A stretch of DNA of 64,000 nt from the human T2T-CHM13v2.0 reference genome, Homo sapiens. Shown here piece after piece: positions 46,425 through 60,184 of this stretch. Within the stretch, counting starts at the first letter, position 1. Each line of letters starts with the position of its first letter. Where the stretch lies: the NCBI RefSeq assembly GCF_009914755.1, contig NC_060926.1. One strand, 5' to 3'. The translations under genes were made by a program, and so were the position numbers. The notes under the pieces were generated by a model. It saw only the letters and a program-made list of their open reading frames with translations, was not told the DNA's origin and made no database searches.

Positions 46425-49151
46425 ATAGCTATTATAAGGGCCCAGTCCACTCTCTCTCCTTGGTTGTTGTTTACCTCTTGACTAAATTTATAGACTTTCT
46501 TCTTTTAGACTCCCTCTTCTATTTACTATGTACACTTCACTTCATATCCATGGTACCTATGTGTCCATCATCTCAACATCCACAAATTCCTGAGGCGGGG
46601 ATTACTCAGCATCCGGCAGGGATGAGGACAGCAAATAAAATAAGGGAAAAAAAAAAGTGGGGACTCAGTAAATCCAACTTGAGCTGTGTTGAGAGTTGTC
46701 AAATTAAGAGATCTACATAGGCATTCATGATCTTCCAGATTTCTCAGATTGATTACAGCAGCCATGGGGACTTTGACCAGACCACGCTCCAGAAAGCAAG
46801 TACTGGCCTTAAGTTTATTCTAGACTTCAGGACAGAAGAAGGCATAAGTAAAATGCTTTTCAAAACCAAGGTCCATCTTAAAGCCAGAGGTCAAGGAAAG
46901 GTACTGCAGTCGTCAAATAAGATACCTGGAGTTAGGGGCAGCTTGCTTAGACAGAAGTCAATGGAGAAAGCAGCTAACAGAACCTGTAACTGGAGAGTAA
47001 GAGAAGAGACTGTCATGTTCAGAATTTCACTCATACAATACTAGAGATGAGCAAGTCACCATAGGCATTAAGCAATCAGTATTTAATAGAATCAAGCACA
47101 AACCTGTTGTAAAATTTCCTTTCATTGAAAACCTAAAGTACCTTCTAGAGGTTTTTTTTTACATCTTTTCTTTTGTATTGTGATAGAATCTGTTTGTGTA
47201 TGGACCAAGGCAACAGGGAACCTGGGAAGGAAGGTAGGGCAACAAATGGCAAAGAGGGATTAAACAACAACAAAAATTTCTGGTCCCTAGCCACTTGCAC
47301 CTGGTGGAGAGTGTCAAGAAAAACCACAGATTTATACCTGGAGCTTTGCAAATTAAAAAAGATATATTAATTCTTTCAACAAATATTTATTGAGTATCCA
47401 TTACCTGTCAGACAGTTTGCTAGGAGTTAGGGATGCAAATGCGTAGAAAACAGTATTTTCCCTTGAGCAGATTCCACTATCAGGATGAGGCCAGCAAACA
47501 AAACTTATAAGTTCTAACCGAGGTGTATATTTCTATGAAAATATAGACAAGGGACCATTTCACTCTACCTGATGAAAATGAGTGGAGAGCCACAACCAAG
47601 CTATAAAGAATGGCCCAAGATACCTACAAAACTAAGGCCGATTTCAAAGACAAGGTGTGAGTTTAGAAACTACCGATAGGTAAGAAAATCACGTCCAGAC
47701 AGATTTCTTTTAAATGTTAAGTATTTCCCATGTGGGGATGGACTGGCATATCAAGACGACTAGTTTAGTGAATTCTGCTGAAACCAGGAAGTATAGAGGA
47801 CTATGAAAATTAAAACTAAAAATAAATAAATAACTAAATTAAATACTTAAAAATGCGATGGACAAAAACAGTGTTGAATTTGGAATGAGATGTAGAAAGA
47901 GATAGGCATTGTTCATTTTAGAGATATCAGTTTACCGATTCAATTTAATGTTTGTTTCTTTCAATCCAATAATTTTCCAAAAGATTAACAAGAGTCCTAA
48001 TTTGTTCCTTATTCAGCAAGAATTGCAATACAGAGCACTTTAAAAAAAGTATTTCAGGCTCCCTCTCTCCTGTTTTCTCCTTCCGTGACCTCTTGTAAGA
48101 CTTTGATCATTTGAAAGGAATGTGTGGGTGGTGTGTAACCTTTAGAAATGTTTTTCTGCCAATTTACTAGAGGGAAGCTTTATTTCTCTTTTCTTTTTTT
48201 CCCCCTTGCCCTAAGTTCTGCACAAAACCACATCTCACTGTGTTGTGCAAAGCCATTCAGAGACATCCTTGAAAGACTCCAATGAAGAGAGATGGGAGTC
48301 AAGGCTGTGAAACCAGACAGCACCCCCTCAAAACCAGATTTCTGTGGCCCCAAAACAATTCTGCCTCTTTATGTGAGATGGCTTGGTGGTTGGTGAGTCA
48401 TATTACCAGGTGTATTTATAGACAACCCATTTTAAAAATAAATAAATAAATAAATAAAAGCAGTTATTGCCTTTTTAGAGTCTCAGAAGGAACAAAGAGA
48501 ATAGCTAAAAGAATGTCTGAAAATTAGAAATGCTGCTATTATTAGAGAGTAGGCTAAGTTCAAAAAACTACAGAATAAAAGAGTTCATTCAAAAGATAGG
48601 GATTCTGGCTGAGTACTCTGTCTAGTCCACAAGATTCTTCCATAGTGGCTTGCACTTGAAAGATGATCAATAAAATCTGTTGTGGAATAACTAGCAATGA
48701 TTGTCAAAGAACAAGTTGGCTCGCATCTGTTTCATGTATCTATTTCACATTGCAATTTGAAATATGCATGGCAAATAGGAATTATATTCCCTTTCACTGT
48801 TTTCTTTTAATATTTACTGCATATTAAATTTATTTTTATAAAATGTAATGATTGAACTACTACATTGGGTATTATATGAGCAGAGAAAAGCTAGGAGTAA
48901 TACACTGAATAATGAATCTCCTGGCCTCCCCAAAATCACCTGTTGAACTGGTAACTTAAGATGTCAAGTAGTAATTTGATCTGGGAAAGGTTTCCTCATT
49001 TTAGGAGCTCAGAACCGCTCAGTCACTTGTGATCTGCTTCCCAGAGTAGATTCCTCAGGTAGGAAACAGGAACCTAGTGAAAACCCAAAAGGCAGTTCCT
49101 TTGAAACAAGAAAAGTTAGGTAGTAGTGAAGAGACGGAGTGAAGGTATATA

Positions 49152-49556
49152 CTTTTGAAATGTGAGGACATGAGATTTGGGAGGAGCCAGGGGCAGAATG
49201 ATGTAGTTTGGCTCTGTGTCCCCACCCATATCTCACCTTGAATTGTAATAATTCCTATGTGTCAAGGGCAGGGCTAGGTGGAGATAATTGAATCATGGGG
49301 GCAGTTTCCCCCATACTGTTCTCATGATAGTGAATAAGTCTCACAAGATCTGATGGTTTTATAAATGGGAGTTCCCCTGCACAAGCTGTCTTGCCTGCCA
49401 CCATGTAAGACATGCCTTTCTCCTCCTTCACCTTCTGCCATGATTGTGACGTCTCCCCAGCCATGTGGAACTGTGAGTCCATTAAACTTCTTTTTCTTTA
49501 TAAATTATCCGGTCTTGGGTATGTCTTTATTAGCAGTGTCAGAACAGACTAATACA
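49152..49556 (+). mobile_element. THE1 3' LTR (49199-49556) with ~47 bp of internal sequence and polypurine tract
   Basis: ttttgaaatgtgaggacatgagatttgggaggagccaggggcagaa precedes tgatgtagtttggctc..actaataca. Confidence 0.9.
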
Positions 49557-50089
49557 CGTACATACATTTTAAGAACAAATGATATCAACCTTGAGGTTAC
49601 TTGGTTTCTGCAGAGAGTTACTTAAACATGGTTCCCAAATTGGGATGCACTTACCCAAAGAATGTGCAGGATCATTCACATGAATGATGAAAAAAAAAGT
49701 TAACATTTATATATATTTTCCTAAGAAAAGAATTAAACATTACTAATATTTAAGGTATAGACTCAAAAGAGTACATATCTACTAAATATATACATATTTG
49801 TGGGCTTTGTGTTCAAGAGTCTTTCAGTTTTTGTTTCTCACTGACTTTGTATCTTTTCGTCTGTTTTGTTTATTGAAGTTTCCCAAGTTTTAGAAGAATG
49901 CTGGGATATGGAAGCATTTTTAAAAATTGCTTTTGAGTGAATTAGAATGCATTTGATCACAAAGATTGGAGAGTACTGGCTCAAAATGAGTGTGATAAAG
50001 GTGAAGTTTTAGAAAAATGATTAAACCGGCTTCGAAGGTCAAATAGTGCTTATGTTTTGGTCAAATTGTATAGATCAGAAAGCTATCCA

Positions 50090-50461
50090 TTATCGTAGTC
50101 TGTTAGAGCTGCTATAGCAAAAATACCATAGATAGGGTGGCTCATAAACCACAAACATTTATTTCTCACAGTTCTAGAGGCTAGGAAGTCCTAAATTGAG
50201 GTGCTAACAGTTTCAGTGTCTGATGAGGGCCTGCTTCCTGGTTCATAGATGGCTTTTTCCTGTTTTCTCGAATGTCAGAAGGGACAGGGGACTTCTCTGC
50301 AGTCTCTTTTATAAGAGCATTAAGCTTGTTCATGAAGGCACCACCCTAATGACCTAGTTGCTTCCCAAAGACCCCACCTCCAAATTCCATCACATTGGGG
50401 ATCAAGTTTCAACATATGAATCTGGGGGAGAAAGGAGAGTATATACATTCAGTCTATAGCA
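50090..50461 (-). mobile_element. MLT1A-like LTR
   Basis: gctgctatagcaaaaataccataga..tttctcacagttctagaggctaggaagtcc..cattcagtctatagca. Confidence 0.88.
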
Positions 50462-50839
50462 CCCATCAATGGCATCCATCAGATAGCACGTCCTCTGGAT
50501 AACAGAAGGATTAAACAAAATGATGTAAGGCCCCAAACAGGCCTCTCTGTGGGCCAGAGAGAAAAGCATCTTCTTTTAAATGGAATTGGACACTAGGGAA
50601 GACTGGAGAGGCTGTGGTAACAGAGGAAGGTCTCTGAGAGCCTGCAGATTCTATAAGACCCAAGAGCGGTCCAAGTCCCAGCTGCCTCAGCCAAAAAGAC
50701 ACCAAACTATACTAAACTACACAGAGTCTACCTAAACTGGAGCAGAAATTTTTCTACCTTTTCTCAATTTAAGAGAAAGAGGGAAAAATCTAAGACCCTG
50801 GTTAAAATAAAAATAAAACTCAGAGCTCCTACTAAGAAA

Positions 50840-51376
50840 AAACCATGGATTTGTGAGCCATATAGTACTAGGTTTAAATACCAGTTCACCTATTTATTAT
50901 CTGTATAATCGTCAGCAAATTTCTTAACTCTTCTAGCTTCACTCTCCACATTAACTAAAAACAAAAGACACTAACATTTCCCACAGGTTTGCTGAGATTA
51001 ATGGAGCATTTCCCAAACCTCAGTATTTCTTATTCCTTATAATGTTTCACAAATTGTATTGAGTCTAGCTAAGACCAGTTTTTTTACTTACTATGATTTT
51101 TACCTTAAACACATTTCAAAAGAAAACTTTGTATCATTATCACCATTATCACTTACCATTTATGGAAAGCATCACAAAAGATAAATATGGATCTCCTAAA
51201 ACTAGGGGAATCCCATTGGGATTCTTTCTGTTGTTTATTTCTGTTGTCCTGGTGTAATTATTAATAACATTGTTTTGACTCACAAAATGTCCCAGTCTAG
51301 ACAATCAATGATGTGATCACCCTACCTAAAATGATTTGCGTACCCCCAGGGGTGCACATACCATGGGGAAACACTG
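50840..51376. mobile_element. MIR fragment followed by hAT-Charlie-like element (~51005-51376)
   Basis: ggtttaaataccagtt..; catttcccaaac..cgtacccccaggggt..gggaaacactg. Confidence 0.55.
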
Positions 51377-53504
51377 ACTCACATGTATTATGTGCCTAAC
51401 AGAGCACCTGGCACTTGGGAAGCACTCAGCCATGAGAGTTTTCTTCCTTCCCAGGAGTGCATATGAAATGGTAATCGTGGTCCTAACAGCTCCAGAGGCT
51501 CCAAAGAGCTGTAGGGAGGGGACAAACACTGTGGGAAGACAGGATGTAAGGAGAGCAATACCTGTAGTTGTTGATCCCTCATGTCCTGGTATCCTCCCAT
51601 GCTAGTATCAGAAAAAGACATGCATTGGACACTGGGTAATTTGGGTATATTAACGAATGAGCATGATTTATCAAATCTGAAAGTAAAAAAGTAGCTGGAT
51701 CTTTTACAAAAAGGAGGAGTAACATAATAAATCAGGGTCTATTTCTCCCTCTCTCTGTGTTTATATGTATGGAGCATGTATATGTAACATATGTAACTAA
51801 GATCAAAACAAATATAATACAAGAAGTTGTGGAACTCCTCTAGAAGTTTGTTACAAAAATCCAATTTTTTAAATCTGAGTTTAGATAGAATTAAGTAATT
51901 TGGTAGTGATTGGGGAGGAGGATTGATCTTCATTTCTCTCAGACTTTCTTGAATTTCATGGATGATAATTGCACAAGAATCAAACAGATACACAAAACCA
52001 AAGTTTTCTAAGCATCTGAATCAAGTTACCTTCTATAGTCTAGAAAATATTTTCTTGAATGAATACATTACCACTGCTACCATAGTTAAAACAGAAAATA
52101 TTGTGACAATAATTGTGGAAATAATGTTTGAAATATTAGGGATATAAACCAGTCCTGAGAGACAGTGTTTGTATAATTCCTGTCTTCCAGTTAGAGCTGG
52201 AGACTTTACAAATTACATCTCCTTCATTTTAGGAATGAGAACCAAGTACCCTTCCTAGGGCAAAAAGAAGGTTTCCAAGAGTACAGAGTAAAATGAGTAA
52301 ATCTTAAAAAATAAAGTCCATGTTTCTAGGTATAGAGTCCAAATTTTATATATTTAATGAGTAGGAAACTGCCTTTTCCATTCAGCAATTATCTCAGTTC
52401 CATGATAAAATACATTCTGGATTCTTCTATTAATAATAGTTTTAAGTAGTACTTTCCTACTTTCAATATATTCTTAGAGTGTTACAAAGTTTTGTTCAAA
52501 ATAAGAAGTGCCCATGTGAACATACTAAACACCAAAAAGCAACAGAAATAACTCAGTGATTAACAAACAAAAGCAGATGGAGGAAAATATGAGTCCTTTA
52601 AAAGGTCAAAGAAAAAATTCAAGCAGCTAGAATTCTGTGCATTTGTCCTCTGAGGCTTTCTGAAAACTTCTTTAGGGGCAAAATACCTCTCCAAGTGAAG
52701 TAGTTTTGAAAGTGGTTTTCACTCTTCTGATGCATTACTGTCTAAATCATGAAAACATTTCCTTCCTTTGCTCATCAGTAGGTGCTTAAGTATGCAGAAA
52801 GGACAAGGTTCCAAGTGGACGGTACTTCCCCGACACCCAGTAACCTGTATTTCTCAATACTGGGCTGTTTGCATGTTGAAACAGTAGTTTTTAAAACAAG
52901 CATAGGTATTTTGTGTAAAAAGATATCTTGTGCGGTTTTTCTTTAGAATAGGGGGAAAAAGACTGCAAAACGTATTTCATTATAAGCTGGGATCTTAGGT
53001 ATAGATAAGTTTTTTGTTTTTCTTATTTTAGAGAAAAATCTTATTCAAGGTTTAATTAAGGCTACCTCTAAGCGAAATTATGGAGATATGGCAGTAGATG
53101 AAATCCTTGCTAGACCTTTTCTGCTTTTATTGCTAAATCTCTCTCATTCACATAATCACTATGATGCCAATAATTTGTTGTTAACATTTGCAGAAGCATT
53201 TAAATTGTAAAGGAGTATCCTAGCTCCAAATTGACCTAGAGATTCAATGCAATCCTGATGAAAATTTCCAAAAGGCTTTTTTTGTCAAAACTGACAAGCT
53301 GATTCTGAAAGTTATATGGAAATGCAAATAACCTAGAGTTGCCAAAGCAATTTCTTAAAAAGAACAAAGTTGAAATAATTAGCTACCCGATTTGAAGATT
53401 TACTCTAAACCTTCATAATCAGTTTGGTAGTAGTAAAAATTAGATATATAGGAAACGGAACAGAAATTCCAGAATTCGAGCCACACATATATAGTCATTT
53501 TATT

Positions 53505-53862
53505 TTTATTTATTTTCTCTTTTAAATAAAAATTCTAATATTCTTAAATTGATAAATAAAAGTTGTACACCATAAATATACACAACTTTCGTTTGTCTTT
53601 TCTGTGCTTCTATCAGTTCAAGTGCTTTCAGATTATGCACATAAGTGAGATCATGAGGTATTTGTCTTTCTATTCCTGACTGATTTCACTTAATGTGATG
53701 TCATCCAGGTTCATTCATGTTGTCACAGATGACAATATGTCCTGCTTTTTAGAAGACTGAATGCTATTCCATTGTGTAGATTATACCACATTTTCTTTAT
53801 TCATTCATCCATTGAAAGACACATATCTTGGCTACTGTAAATAATAATGCAATATATATGGG
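53505..53862 (-). mobile_element. L1MA/MB 3' fragment nested antisense in the L1M
   Basis: ataagtgagatcatgaggtatttgtctttc..tccaggttcattcatgttgtc..ccacattttctttattcattcatcc. Confidence 0.85.
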
Positions 53863-54025
53863 AGCCTGGTAATTTTATTTTAAACAAAAGTCCAAAAGAG
53901 ATTCAACAGGAAAAGCCAAGTCTTTTCAATAAAATAGAACAACTGGATATCTGCATAGAAAACAAACAAATGAAAAACCCATTGACTCTTACCTCATATT
54001 ATAAACAAAAATTAAATAAATCCTA

Positions 54026-54341
54026 CTTTTTTATTTTTTTACTTGTTTAAAGGCAGGTTCTCAGTCTGTTATCCAAGTTGGAGTACAGCGGTGCCATCAT
54101 AGCTCACTGCAGCCGTGAACTTCTGGGCTCAAGGGATCCTCCTGCCTCAGCCTCCTGAGTAGATGAGACTACAGGTGTATGCACCACACCTGAATTTTTT
54201 TAATTTTTTTTTTATTTTTTGGTAGAGATAGGGGTCTTGCTTTGTTGCCCAGGCTGGTCTTGAACTCTGGGCTTTGAGAAATCTTCCTGCCTCGGCCTCC
54301 CAAAATGCTGGGATTACAGGCATATGCCACTATGCCCAGCA
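54026..54341 (-). mobile_element. AluJ
   Basis: catagctcactgcagcc..ggctcaagggatcctcc. Confidence 0.92.
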
Positions 54342-54382
54342 CTTGCATCCTAGATCTAAATGTAAAAACTAAGCTAGAAAAC

Positions 54383-54530
54383 TTTTTTTACCTTAGGGTC
54401 AGGGTCTTACTAATGTTGCCCAAGTTGGCCTCAAACACTTTGGCTCAAGAGATCCTCTCATCTTAGGCAATCCTCTTACCTCAGCCTCCTGAGTAGCTGG
54501 GACTATAGGTACATGCCATAATGCCCAGCT
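54383..54530 (-). mobile_element. FLAM_A-like monomer
   Basis: agggtcttactaatgttgccc..cctcagcctcctgagtagctgggacta. Confidence 0.8.
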
Positions 54531-57280
54531 TAAAATTATAAAATGTATAAAATAACATATATGATAAAATATTCATAAGCCTCAGTTGAGCAAGTTTTTT
54601 TTCACTTTCACACATACTGACCACTGTCTTGGTGGAATCCCCATTCTGACTAAGGAGGCAAATATGTAAATAAGCAACCAATTTACAACATGATGAGAGG
54701 CACAGCAAAGATATATACAAAACACTATATGAACAAAATGGAGCAATTCATTAATTTTGCCTGAGTTTAAGACCTGGAAGAGAGGAAGAGGTGGAGAGGA
54801 CAAAGAACAGATTTACAGAAATAAAATTTGATCCAGATTTTAGATAGAATTTGTAGAGTGACTAAGTGAACGTTCCAAATACAAAATATAGTATGTAAAA
54901 AAGTATGTAGACATAAAAGTATATGGAATATTTTCTGTGGTCAGGGAGAGTGACAGGAGTTGAGACTAGATAGGTAAGGGGGCAATAATATGAATGATCT
55001 TGTATGCAAAGCATTTCAATTTATCACATAGACAGTTAAGAACAGAGGAAGAGAAATGGCATAATTAGCTCTAGTAGCAGGAAGACTCATGAAAACACTA
55101 CATATAATTAAATTATTTTTTAAAACATCAAGGGAATAACAAATACAACATTCAAGAGAGTTCTTACCTCTAGGGAGAAGGAGAGTATAGGCTAGGATAG
55201 GGGCACATAGGTGGATGATGCAGAGCTAGAATTAGATCACTGTTCTTTTCTTGGGTTGGGTGGTATTCATGATAGGATTAAGTTTTAGACTTCAATACAT
55301 GTTACATATTGTATTTTGTATGGATCAACCATCAGGTTCTTAAAAGACAATAAGAAGGAAGGTTGGATGGAAAGAATTAGAAAAAAGCTGTAGGAAAAGT
55401 TTGTAAAAGACATGACAAGGGCTGGAGTAGAACAGAAAGTGGTAATACTTGGGATGGATAGGCAAGGTTGTTGTGTGGAAGAAGCATGGAGAATGAAAAA
55501 GGAAAAGGTAGAGGTGATTTCCAGGACATTATCTCAGGAAATCATGTGAAAAAGAAAGCTCTTTGCTTATAAAAACATATTTTAGAAAGGAACTTCCCTA
55601 AGCCTTTTAAAATCGTACAATATATGTGACTGTTTATTTGATGTGTACAGAGAGTTAGCTCAGGGTTCTATAAAACCTCAAATATAAAGGCCTATTTCTT
55701 ACCAACACAAGTAATAATATGACCACCACAAGGAAACATATATATGCATTTGTTATAATAACACATTATACTTCTTATAATACCACAGATTATAAGAAAT
55801 CTTTTAAAAATCCATAGCAGCTTATCCTCCCATCTGTAAAAGCTGACTATCATTCTGCCTCTCTCACAGTATTACCCATCTATTAAGTGATCTAGCTCCT
55901 CTACTCGATTCGACTATCCCATGCACTCAGATATCTGGAACTAACAGGTTGAAAATAGACTGTCAAATTTCATGGCATGTGAAAACTCATATTCACATGA
56001 AAGAGCTGCAATAAGGGCTTTGTTGAGTCATTTCAAGCTTTCACTCCTTACTTGAGTAACCTGTGAGTTGAAAACAAATAGCTCCTCAATCTGACTTGCC
56101 TTGCTCCTGGCTTAATCAGAAGTGATTGAGGACAATAAAACTTTTTTTTTTTTCAGAGAATGAGACAATTTCTAAGAATATTTATTCTGATGAAATTCCC
56201 AAAGCAAGTTCGCATTTTAATTCTCTTTTGCCTTCATTAGAGGTTTTGATGCCAAATAATAAGAGTCTAGTGTAGAAACTGACAGGCTTTGATATTGATA
56301 TTTGATTTGATATTGACTTTACCACATTCCCTACTCTTTTTTTCATGTTTTAGAGTCATATGAATTTAGAAGTGTTGAGATAGGCACAAATTTCACAAGT
56401 CTGCCAGAGTTTCATTTTGTAGAAGCATCTTGAGACGAATCTTATAGTTCGATACTGAAGTTTGAAAGTATCTGCTTTATATTATGTTCTTCTTAGCAGA
56501 TAATTTTGACTTGTATTCAACCCAAGTTATTAGTTATTTTGTATCAAGTTAGAATAAACTATAGTAATTTGACTGTGTCAAGAAATCCTTACTTTAAAAT
56601 GAATAGGAAAGTGTGGATAGGTTCTTAATTACAAAATACCTAGTTGGAAATTTTGCCTATATACCAATCAAACACTACTTGTAAAAAATAATTTACCTGT
56701 CACTTTTTTAAAAATTTGATTTAGTCTTTTACTCAGTGGTTCATAATATTTTCTTTTCTGTAGTTATTTTTATTTCTATAAGGCAAGTAAATAACAGTCA
56801 CAACAATCTTATTTTATTGTTATTGTCACTACTACACACACACATGTGCACACACACAAACACATACAAACACACACACACCAAGAGTGCCTAATGTGTT
56901 AGCAACTATATGTGTGATTCTTTCTAATCTTACAGTGACTATCCCTGTACCATTTCAGATTTGTATTTAGAGTAACGAGATTGTTTATTAAAAATATACT
57001 TTAGGTCAACTATTAGCTTAAAATATAATCATGTGAATGCAAGTCAATCAAGCTTATATCTTATAAACCTATTTTGATTTAGTTTAATCTAACCTTTAGT
57101 GAACTTTTACTCAGACTTAGCAAACAGCTAGAAACCATAAGGACTATTTTAAAAAGAAGATTCTTCAATCTGTTAGTTCTTAAAGAACTTAAACCTGATT
57201 GAGAAAACTACAGAAAATATGCATGCCAAGTAAAGGACATGGACATACTTACGATAATGTAGAACAAGCGGTGTACCTGA

Positions 57281-57712
<432 letters not shown>

Positions 57713-60184
57713 TCACTCCTGGGACAGAGGATATACTTTCAAAAACAAAAAAAAATAAAGAAAACTTAAGAAGTCTTAGTAAGGTTGGTGACACAGTAAC
57801 TCTGAGGTGAGCACTGAGGTTTTAGTTTAGATTATGAAATCGTTATGGACTCTATCAACCATAAAGCATGACAAACAGAGGGAGTCTTTTAAAAACTTGT
57901 TGAGGAACATTGCGACACTTGCAAGTTCTCCCTAGTTGTTAAGATAGAAAGGCACTGTTCATGAGGGGAATCCTTTGGAAGTCCTGTCTTGCTGACAGAT
58001 AGGTCCCTTTGGTAAGATTTATTCCTGAGACTGGCTGATAAATTGTGTGTATGTGTGCGTGTGAAATTTAATAATGTCATTATGAATTTTAACATAGTTC
58101 TACCAAAAGGGACAAAAATATATCATCATTTAGAAAATTATACATTATGGGCTCTCCTTGCATAGGATCTCCTCCTCGCTTCCTTCTCAATCATCTGAAG
58201 GGCCTGCTCTGGTAATTTGGATGAGATAATGTGGCTTTTTCGGTTTGGTCATGGATTTTGTCATTTGGAGCCAGGGTTGTTCTGGAAATGAGGTGGCAAT
58301 GTTGCTCTAACAGGCTTCTGAATTGTTCTCTGACCGAGATTATTGCTCCTCCTGGGCAGGAATCATGACATGTGGTTCGACTGATTTACCAGAAGCAGTA
58401 ATTGTTTAATGTGAAAGTTGTCAAGCTTCATTTTCCTGGTGCTGCTGTGCTTGCAGAAATTTGGCTAGTGAGTTAGAGAAGAAACCAACTGGGAGAAGAA
58501 ATCAATGCTGCCTGAGTGCCACCTTCCTGCTGCCCAAGATACCCTTTAAAATGCTCCGCCTGTTTCTATTCTCTTTAATTCCCCTCCTCCTTGGCTGTGC
58601 TGTATTCTGCAGTCTTCAATTCAAAGTCCTAATTGAATGTCTCCTAAATGAACAGGTACTTACCTCAACATTTCCTGATTCTTCCTAGGTAATTCTACCT
58701 GGCTGTCCCACAAGAATCTCAGTCTCAATATATCTAAATTGAACTTTCCCTGAAAAACCAGCCCTTTTTCCTGACTTCTATATTTATTTTAATTGTTGGA
58801 CCATACATATAGCCACTCTGACATGAGCCTTCAAAATGATTTTGACAGAATAAAGGGAATGAATTCAGTGGGACAGTCAGGAAATACTCCCAAAAGAAAT
58901 TTGAAGTGGAATTCAACACAAAATGTAGGGGTCTTCCTTAATTTTACATTGCCCAATAAATTTAATGTAAATGTGTTGTTCACACAGACAATACCTCAAA
59001 TTTAGTTATAAAGATAAAGGTAATTCTAGAAACAGTCTTTGGTTTCTCAAATATCTGAGTATTTGCAGTGCTGGTAAAGTAGAAGGTTGGTAGAATATAA
59101 AAAGATGGGCATCAAAGAGTAAAAATTTGCCAAAATTTCCCAACAGTGTTATGGAAAAAGATGCCTGAGAGTGAACATTTATGTTTTAAATATTTTGGCA
59201 GACATTCTCTGATAGCAACAAATGCATTAATCTGTCATGATTATTATACTAGCAATTTAGACTATCAAAACTTCTCCTCCAATTAGTTAACTCTTTGCTA
59301 ATTATTACCACATAAACTTATCATAATAGACAGGAATCGATAAAAATGAAGATAATGTCATCTATTGAAGGATATTGTGAAAATTCAATCAGGGATCATG
59401 AATGAGTTGACACTAAGAGTCAACTTCATGGAAGGACTATTGCCCAGCAGCTATACTTTCTCTAGGGCAAGTTTGGCTATGCACGCCCCGTTCCCAGGCT
59501 CCCAAGGCTGCAGGTCATGGCACCCTATCCTTTCAGTTCATACAGAGCCCGTCTCATCTCAGTGCCACCAGTCACCCAGAGTAGGTTCAGACCTCTACCC
59601 TGAAGGACCCCAAACCAGTATCCGTCTTCTCAAGTGTGTGTTTCCTATCCCGCATAACTCTACTTTCCTCCTTATCCCACTCTTCCTCTTTCTATGGGTG
59701 ATGGTCCTTAGCCACCTATCAGAATCTCAATATTGTATCCTTCAGAAACTCAAAAGAGCCTCAATGCCTTCTTTAGGGATAGAAAGAACTAAGATCTTAG
59801 ACACACTCATTTCTGTTTACCTTGCCATAATGGATAATTTTCATTCTTTCTAAATGTGCAATCCTGTCCCAGGAACAGATTGGAGGTCTTCTCCCCACAG
59901 CAGAGGAAAAACAACAACAGCAACAACAATACAAAATGACAACAGAAAAAGCAAGGTAATTTCTAAGTGGGTCATCCTTCTACAGAGATATAAGAGTGTC
60001 TAATGTTAATTTCTAAGTGGGTCATGCTGCTACTGAGTTAAAATGTATGTGACAAACCTGGGGCAAGTAACAGAAGCTAAATTGCAAGGATAGAGGATAA
60101 GTATTAGAAGATAATTCACCATGGATAAAGGAGTCCAGGCAGAAGATCTAGACTCAGCAACAAGGCTGAAGAGTCAGAGGAGAT

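Larger units (their letters stand above)
53230..54580 (+). mobile_element. Old L1M ORF2 3' region, fragmented by nested insertions
   Basis: agattcaatgcaatcc..gacaagctgattctgaaa..aagtcttttcaataaa..ctagatctaaatgtaaaaactaa. Confidence 0.8.

Noticed and set aside
45727-46720. Dense overlapping ORFs up to ~200 aa
   Set aside because: They lie mostly in the GC-rich U3 of LTR12, where stop codons are scarce; no recognisable protein domain
59365-59853. 162-aa ORF
   Set aside because: Non-ATG start and no recognisable homology; consistent with a chance ORF
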